Below are positions 58,474 through 64,000 of a stretch of DNA of 64,000 bases, in pieces (within the stretch, counting starts at the first letter, position 1; the number at the start of each line of letters is the position of its first letter). Source of the DNA: a bacterium (GTDB lineage: Bacteria > SZUA-182 > DTGQ01 > JAFGSM01); NCBI GenBank assembly GCA_049472315.1, contig JBLIRN010000003.1, forward strand, positions 22,760 through 86,759. Reading direction: 5' to 3'. Below the pieces are notes generated by a model. The model was not told the DNA's origin. It was given only the letters and a program-made list of their open reading frames with translations, and did not search any database. A program made the translations under genes and the position numbers.

Positions 58474-60867
58474 CTACCGGGTGATCACCCCTAAATCGGT
58501 GGGATTCATCTCTCTCCCCTCGTGTTTCAGCGCCTCAGTGAGCCAGGCCAGGGAGCAATCCTCCCGCACCTCCCGCACCTTGGCATCCCCTATGAGTGCA
58601 AGCTCTTCCCCGTTTTCGGATTCCCCGGCGTACACCAGGAGCTTCATCCCCTGCTTGAGGCCGTCCCCTTCACAGATACCGGTTGTCAACTCCTCCCCGT
58701 CAAGGGATATGACTCCCCCCTCGCACAGGGGAAAGTGCTCCTTGAACTTTGCCGCCATGATGGCGCACAGGTGAAGGGTATGCTCCCGCCCCCCCTCCTC
58801 CCATACCAGTTGCGACGCATCCACCTCCTCGCAAACGTCCTTGGTGGCAAGGATCTCGCCGGTTTCAAGGTCCACAAGGCTTGCCGAGATGGTCAGGGAA
58901 TCCTCCGCCTCCTGCACGTATCCGAGCAGGAGGATGTCGATCCAGATGCCGCTTTCCGAGGAAAGCCCCAGGAAGGGGCTCCCCAGGTGGTAGGCAAGAT
59001 CCCTTTCATTGATGATGAAGGGGAGCCGCTCCAGCTCGATGACCTTGAACCGTCCCTGATCAATGAACGACTCCATGAGCTGATAGGTGAGTCCCCTCTG
59101 CCGAGGCTCACCCTGTTTACCCGAGCTTTCGGAGGCAATGAGCGGGATGGCCATCCTCCACCGCTCCTCCATCCGATGGATTTGCCGCGTCTTTTTATTC
59201 ACCCGGATCACCTGTTTCCATTCCCTCCCGGATGCATCCACTACGGTCACCGCGATGCTGTTTTCCCCCTCCACAAGGGGGATCATCCGCTGAAAGCAGA
59301 ACTGTGCCTCTTTGTCCGGATGCACATATCGTCTGATGATGCGGGTGACGAACGAGGACCAGTGGAGGCCGTACACGGACAACAGGGGGCTGTCGTTGAC
59401 CATGATCTCCTTGATGTGCACCCTGGAGATGATCTCGATCAGGGGGCAGACCTCCCCTGCAAAGGTCTCCGCAGGAACCTGGCCGATGGTGATTGCAATG
59501 GGATTGTTTGGGGTCAGGTCTTGAATTGTCAGTTTTTGCTCCGAAAATAGATTTTCGTTTTTCGTGGCGGTCCGAAGGTCCATGAGGGTTTGTCTTGAAA
59601 ATAGATTTTCATTATTCGTGGCGCCCTGAAAGGGCATGAGGGTTTGCTCCGAAAATAGAGTCATATGTTCATGCTTCGTGGCGCCGCAAGGTGGCATGGG
59701 CGTTTGTCTGGAAATGAGAGGGGCGGCGGTGTCCGGGATCAGGCCCTGGGGGCCCATGGCGATGCGAACCGGTTCACAGGGGGGCGGCACCTGCCTTATT
59801 CCGGATGCCTCCTGTCGTTCCTGTCCAATCGATATCGAGCCGCCGGAACGGTTTCCGACCGCGTCTTCTGCCTCGTAGGTCACAAGGCCCCGGACACGAT
59901 CCTGAAGGGCAAGGGGATGGGAGAAGGAATAGGCGGTGTAGGTCTCCCCCGGACGATTCTCCCCGTTTTCCCCAATTCTGGTCAAGGCGACCTGTTCCCC
60001 GTTCAGAGAGAGTCGGGTGACATCCGAGGGGTCGTACACCACCCCCTGGAGTGCAGCCTGCGATCCGGTGTGCTCATTATCCGGCAGTGCAACATAGATC
60101 ATCGGTCCCTCCCGGTCCACCAGGACGGTTATGTGTTGCTCCGCCCGTTTGCCGAGGAGGTCGATCGCGGTGACACGGACCTCGTTGAGGCCCGCGCTCA
60201 GCGTGATCTCCCTTTGGAACCTCATTGCCCTGGGTTGGCTCAGCTCCGTGAGGGAGAGCGGCTTTTCGTCGTTGACCCGGACCATGACATTTGCCACGAA
60301 GGTGTCGTCCGTTGCCAGGCCCGATACGGCCATCGTTGTTGCGGCGATCGTGCCGGGGGATGGATCCAGGGAAAGGTGCGGAGACTCCGTGTCCTCACGG
60401 GTGCGCATGAGCCCTTCCCTCCGGGCCTTGTTGAGGTACAATGCCGCCTTGGAGGATTCGCACTGATCGAGCGAGATGGTCAGATGATTGATGGCGCCCT
60501 CCAGGTCACCCAGGTGATAGTACGCGATACCCAACTCCCTGTTGGGGAAGTATTCGGGGAGGCGATGCATGCCGTAGGTGCGCACCCACCGTGCGTCCCT
60601 GTCCCTCGATCGGACCGCCCGGAGGAACTCCTCCCGGGCGTTTTCCCAGCACCCTCCCCGGGTGCAGGAGATACCCCTGAGGTAGCAACTGTACCATCGT
60701 TCAGAAAAGATCCATTCATCGGTCACGCAGTAAACCCGCCCGTCCCGTACGCACGGCTCGATGACGCGATTGGCGCAGCCGCCCAGGAAAAGCAGAAGCC
60801 CCGGCAGGAGCAGGCACAACAGCCCGGACAGGAGCAATCCGGGGATATGATCGCGGGTTGTCGACAC
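58474..60867 (-). CDS. Lipoprotein with TPR, Ig-like and C-terminal CsgG/FlgT-like domains
   Basis: Lipobox LGG-C; TPR (RELGIAYYHLG); Ig-like GLNEVRVTAID; GRFKVIE..LVDLETGEIL. Confidence 0.72.
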   Translation of the reverse strand: MSTTRDHIPGLLLSGLLCLLLPGLLLFLGGCANRVIEPCVRDGRVYCVTDEWIFSERWYSCYLRGISCTRGGCWENAREEFLRAVRSRDRDARWVRTYGMHRLPEYFPNRELGIAYYHLGDLEGAINHLTISLDQCESSKAALYLNKARREGLMRTREDTESPHLSLDPSPGTIAATTMAVSGLATDDTFVANVMVRVNDEKPLSLTELSQPRAMRFQREITLSAGLNEVRVTAIDLLGKRAEQHITVLVDREGPMIYVALPDNEHTGSQAALQGVVYDPSDVTRLSLNGEQVALTRIGENGENRPGETYTAYSFSHPLALQDRVRGLVTYEAEDAVGNRSGGSISIGQERQEASGIRQVPPPCEPVRIAMGPQGLIPDTAAPLISRQTPMPPCGATKHEHMTLFSEQTLMPFQGATNNENLFSRQTLMDLRTATKNENLFSEQKLTIQDLTPNNPIAITIGQVPAETFAGEVCPLIEIISRVHIKEIMVNDSPLLSVYGLHWSSFVTRIIRRYVHPDKEAQFCFQRMIPLVEGENSIAVTVVDASGREWKQVIRVNKKTRQIHRMEERWRMAIPLIASESSGKQGEPRQRGLTYQLMESFIDQGRFKVIELERLPFIINERDLAYHLGSPFLGLSSESGIWIDILLLGYVQEAEDSLTISASLVDLETGEILATKDVCEEVDASQLVWEEGGREHTLHLCAIMAAKFKEHFPLCEGGVISLDGEELTTGICEGDGLKQGMKLLVYAGESENGEELALIGDAKVREVREDCSLAWLTEALKHEGREMNPTDLGVITR
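59535..59715. repeat. Tandem 54/54/60-bp repeats inside the CDS
   Basis: Unit TTTGYTYYGAAAATAGA..TTCGTGGCG..CATG(A/G)G(G/C)G three times, plus a partial fourth. Confidence 0.85.
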
Positions 60868-60880
60868 GGTCGTCACCCCT

Positions 60881-62254
60881 TTACTGCAGGTAATAGATGA
60901 TCGATGCATACACAAAGTGCTGGGTCATATCACCCCTAATGCCCATTGACTCAACATCCCGTTTCTCCCCGAACCGGAGCTGGTAGGCGCAATCAAACGA
61001 AAAGCGCCCTTTGTAGGAGACACCGGAGCCCACGGTCACCCCGTAGATGTCGTCAGGCCTCCCCCGTGCCGGTTCGGGGTCGTAGAATGCCCCGATTCGT
61101 ATGGGGATGATGCGGGTCGGGTCCTGGATCAGGTATTCCGCACCGATGCGTATCTGTGTGGTAGGGGTGACATCCGCGGTATCCATGAAATCCCTGTTGA
61201 TGGGGCTTCGCTCCACGCCGTTGGGATACACCATCACGAACCGCTCCCATAGGGTGCGGTAGACATCCAGGGCACAGGAAAACGCATCGGTCCAATCCAT
61301 GGACATCCCCATGCCGTAGGAAAGGGGCATGCGCAGGGTGAGATCGCTGCAGGTGATATCTTCGAAATAGGTATTCGATGCCGGGTCTCCGGGATATTCC
61401 ACATAGGACAGCTCATGTTTTGTGTGCCGGATATCCGCGTTAAAGGGTGTCTTTACCACCCCTCCGATGCGGAACCTTCTCTTATTTCCGAGGAACGCTA
61501 CATAGTCCGAGGTATAGAGGAATCCCAGGTGCAGGTTGTACCCGGAAACATCGAATTCCTCAAATATCTCGCTGTGGGACCTCACCTGCTCGCCGAGCTC
61601 GATGCCCGTCTCATCCTGGATGGTGATATTCTCCCACCCGGTGTCGGTCAGGTTATGGTCCCATATATTGAAGGTACAACCGATGAACAGGGATGGGGTC
61701 ACCTGTATGGCCAGGGCAGGGGAGATGGTGCTCAATGAGCCCCGCTGTTTCTTATATAGCCATTGGGTGATATCGGTGGGGTCCGAAGGAATCACCTTTT
61801 TCCACGTGGAGACGTTTTCCTGGGAGAATTCATAGAGGTGCTGATAGTTCAGGGAAACGACCATATTCCTTCTGAAGAGCTGAAAGGGCACTACAGCGCT
61901 GAGATAGTTCAGATGGGAGACCTGGGGGGATATGTCGTCGATATCGCCGTCCAGCCCGGAGGTGCGATGATCGATCCTCCCGGAAAAGAGTGAGCCCACA
62001 ATGGACACCTCCGGCCTGGTGAGTTGGAGCAATCCCCCGGGATTCCACGAGGCAGCGGTTGCATCGTCGGCAACGCTGATAAAGGCCCCTCCCATGCCCA
62101 TGGCCCTTGCGCCGGAGCCGACCGGATGGGGGGATGCGTTGATGTCCATGTCCGGGTAGTCTGCATGAGGTATCCCGGGATATCCGAGCAGTCCTGACAT
62201 GAGCATGAGACAGAGGAGGATTGGAATGAAGGTCGATTCACCGGCCCGCTTCAT
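60881..62254 (-). CDS. FadL/OmpP1-like outer-membrane beta-barrel
   Basis: GSGARAMGMGGAFISVADDATAASWNPGGL; amphipathic strands; aromatic C-terminus. Confidence 0.82.
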   Translation of the reverse strand: MKRAGESTFIPILLCLMLMSGLLGYPGIPHADYPDMDINASPHPVGSGARAMGMGGAFISVADDATAASWNPGGLLQLTRPEVSIVGSLFSGRIDHRTSGLDGDIDDISPQVSHLNYLSAVVPFQLFRRNMVVSLNYQHLYEFSQENVSTWKKVIPSDPTDITQWLYKKQRGSLSTISPALAIQVTPSLFIGCTFNIWDHNLTDTGWENITIQDETGIELGEQVRSHSEIFEEFDVSGYNLHLGFLYTSDYVAFLGNKRRFRIGGVVKTPFNADIRHTKHELSYVEYPGDPASNTYFEDITCSDLTLRMPLSYGMGMSMDWTDAFSCALDVYRTLWERFVMVYPNGVERSPINRDFMDTADVTPTTQIRIGAEYLIQDPTRIIPIRIGAFYDPEPARGRPDDIYGVTVGSGVSYKGRFSFDCAYQLRFGEKRDVESMGIRGDMTQHFVYASIIYYLQ

Positions 62255-63326
62255 GAAGCCCCCTCCGGTATACACCCTCGATAAAACATCCCCCCTGCTC
62301 GATGTGCACATCGAGGCTTCGGGGATAGGAGAGGGCGAGGATCGCGTGAATGGCCCCGGCCTCCCCCCCGTCGGAATCCGCCGGTCCTCCGTCGTTCAGA
62401 AAGATCAGGGCCGTGTTTCCGTCGGGGAATGCGGCGTCCAGCTCCACGGCACTATTTTGATCAAGACAGGCGTGAAGTCGGGCCGAGGAAAAGAGGGGGG
62501 CCTCGAACCCGATCAGGACCCCAATGGGTTCCTGGTCGATAATCCCCTCGATTCTGAAATCTATGAGGCCGTAGGGAAGAAATCGGCTGAAACGGAGCGG
62601 ATCGGGAAGCATCATGCTGTTCGCATCGAGAATCCGCGCATTCGTGAACGAGTAGGGTTCACCACCCTGCCTTTCGAGGTGCAGGGATATCCTCTTCACC
62701 ACCGATGGGTCATCGCTCGGTACTGGTATGCAGGCCGTGTCCGGATCCGTGGAGCAGTCTCCCTCGTCGAGGTCGCTCACCCCGTCCCCGTCGGTGTCCG
62801 TGTCATCGACAAGGAGTGAAATCGTATCGAAGACCAGGGGTATTGCCTCCGGGCCGCTGCATCGGAGGATGATCGTGTTTTGCGGAAGAAGGCCTTTTTT
62901 TAAATACCCGATGGAAAAACGGTGGAAGGGGGATTCCGGGGATTCCATGGAGGCAGTGTCGATAAAGATGTTATCCTTGAACACCTCCAGGGAATGGGGG
63001 GCATTCGGGTCGGATATTGAGGGTTCGGCCTGTATCAACAGGGTGGGATTTGTGTACCCCTCGGTGTAGGTGAAATTGATGTGTATCTCCTGGGGGTTGT
63101 ACCCATGGTCGCCGTATGGGTGGAGAAAAGGGGGGAATTCGTCCCCATTTGGATCACCCGGTACGGGTGGATGGTAATCGATCACCCTCTCGTAAGCAGG
63201 CGGATCTCCGCCGAAGGGATCATCCGGTGCGTGTGCCTGCCAGATCATGATTTCACTGCACGCAGGTCGGACAACAATGGTGACGAGGAGGAGGGTTGCG
63301 AAAAGACCGAACATCCATTCCTTCAT
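62238..63326 (-). CDS. Secreted protein with Ca-binding DxDxDG repeat and GGCFI C-terminal motif
   Basis: Signal peptide; DTDGDGVSD; PYGLIDFRI..LNDGGPADSDG (choice-of-anchor U-like); terminal GGCFI. Confidence 0.65.
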   Translation of the reverse strand: MKEWMFGLFATLLLVTIVVRPACSEIMIWQAHAPDDPFGGDPPAYERVIDYHPPVPGDPNGDEFPPFLHPYGDHGYNPQEIHINFTYTEGYTNPTLLIQAEPSISDPNAPHSLEVFKDNIFIDTASMESPESPFHRFSIGYLKKGLLPQNTIILRCSGPEAIPLVFDTISLLVDDTDTDGDGVSDLDEGDCSTDPDTACIPVPSDDPSVVKRISLHLERQGGEPYSFTNARILDANSMMLPDPLRFSRFLPYGLIDFRIEGIIDQEPIGVLIGFEAPLFSSARLHACLDQNSAVELDAAFPDGNTALIFLNDGGPADSDGGEAGAIHAILALSYPRSLDVHIEQGGCFIEGVYRRGLHEAGR

Positions 63327-63394
63327 GGCTAATCCCTTCAGTGGTGCATATCCTCTCGAATCAGGGGTTACCCTCACCTGTCACAGGGCCGGTG

Positions 63395-64000
63395 TCATGG
63401 TCCCTTTCCGATGGAGAGTTCCACCATGCCGAGGGGTGTGTCCCCGGCGAGGAGTTCAATGGCGTACGCACCCTCCCTGATGCGGGGGAAGAGGGCCTCG
63501 CCGCGCTCACCCAGGCAGACGGAGGCGCACACCCGTTTTTCCTTGTACAGGACCGCCCGGACAGCGCCCTTGTCCTTGATGTGGTGTTCTTTTTTTGGCC
63601 GGAAGGAGACCTTCAGGCTGAGGTATCCCTCCCTTCCTGCGGGCTCGAGCGCAAGGAGGATGCGTCCCACGTCGGTGTCCGCGCTGCGGGTATAGGGGAA
63701 GGCAACCGCCGGCTCGTGGCCGTTTCTCACCGGCTGCAGTTGCGGCTCGGGAAAGGTGAGTGCCTCTCCCAGGTCCGAGGCGCATTGGGTGATCCGGTTG
63801 CGCGCCCGGTCCCAGAGCAGGGAGAGCCTCAGGACCATGGTATGCCCCTTGGGCTGCAGGCCCGGGGCCTCCACCGCCCGCCTGAGCACCTCCAGCGCCC
63901 TGTGATGGAGGGGTGCGGGGACCTCCCTGCTCACCCCCTCCGCCTGCCTGAGCATCCGGATCACCGCAAGGGTCTCCAGGCATGCGCTACAGGCGGCAAG
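63395..64000 (-). CDS. Putative zf-HC2 anti-sigma-factor-like protein (5' end outside the window)
   Basis: The frame extends to the window edge as LAACSACLETLAVIRML, fitting HxxxCxxC if a His precedes it. Confidence 0.5.
   Translation of the reverse strand, partial: LAACSACLETLAVIRMLRQAEGVSREVPAPLHHRALEVLRRAVEAPGLQPKGHTMVLRLSLLWDRARNRITQCASDLGEALTFPEPQLQPVRNGHEPAVAFPYTRSADTDVGRILLALEPAGREGYLSLKVSFRPKKEHHIKDKGAVRAVLYKEKRVCASVCLGERGEALFPRIREGAYAIELLAGDTPLGMVELSIGKGP

Noticed and set aside
1..64000. tRNA, rRNA, transposase, integrase or prophage genes
   Set aside because: None recognised in the sequence or the ORF track.

Overview
64 kb of chromosome from a Gram-negative, probably anaerobic bacterium. 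The gene content resembles Desulfobacterota-like lineages, but taxonomy cannot be fixed from this window. In order along the window: a branched-chain amino-acid block (ilvD and two tandem ilvB); [NiFe]-hydrogenase maturation genes (protease, hypC/D/B/F), with hypE inverted and separated by an AT-rich hicBA pair and a secreted-protein gene; a selenocysteine-containing, Tat-exported formate dehydrogenase fdnGHI (in-frame TGA plus SECIS hairpin); a Phd/PIN toxin-antitoxin pair; tldD; archaeal-type aroA'/aroB'; malic enzyme; two tandem NDK-like genes; an HPr-domain fusion; a five-gene DUF11 surface-protein operon; HD-GYP, phosphoesterase, XRE and two-component genes; citrate synthase; and the end of an anti-sigma/outer-membrane module. 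Best candidate for an undescribed system: the DUF11 operon at 35.5-46.7 kb. Its proteins carry split DUF11 domains, with C-terminal acceptors lacking the Asn strand and N-terminal donor strands carrying it. This suggests a donor-strand-complemented, possibly intermolecularly isopeptide-linked filament with tip, shaft, cap and outer-membrane barrel anchor. Second candidate: a ~280-nt promoter-to-terminator, pseudoknotted ncRNA at 49.77-50.04 kb. All calls come from reading motifs by eye; no database searches were run.
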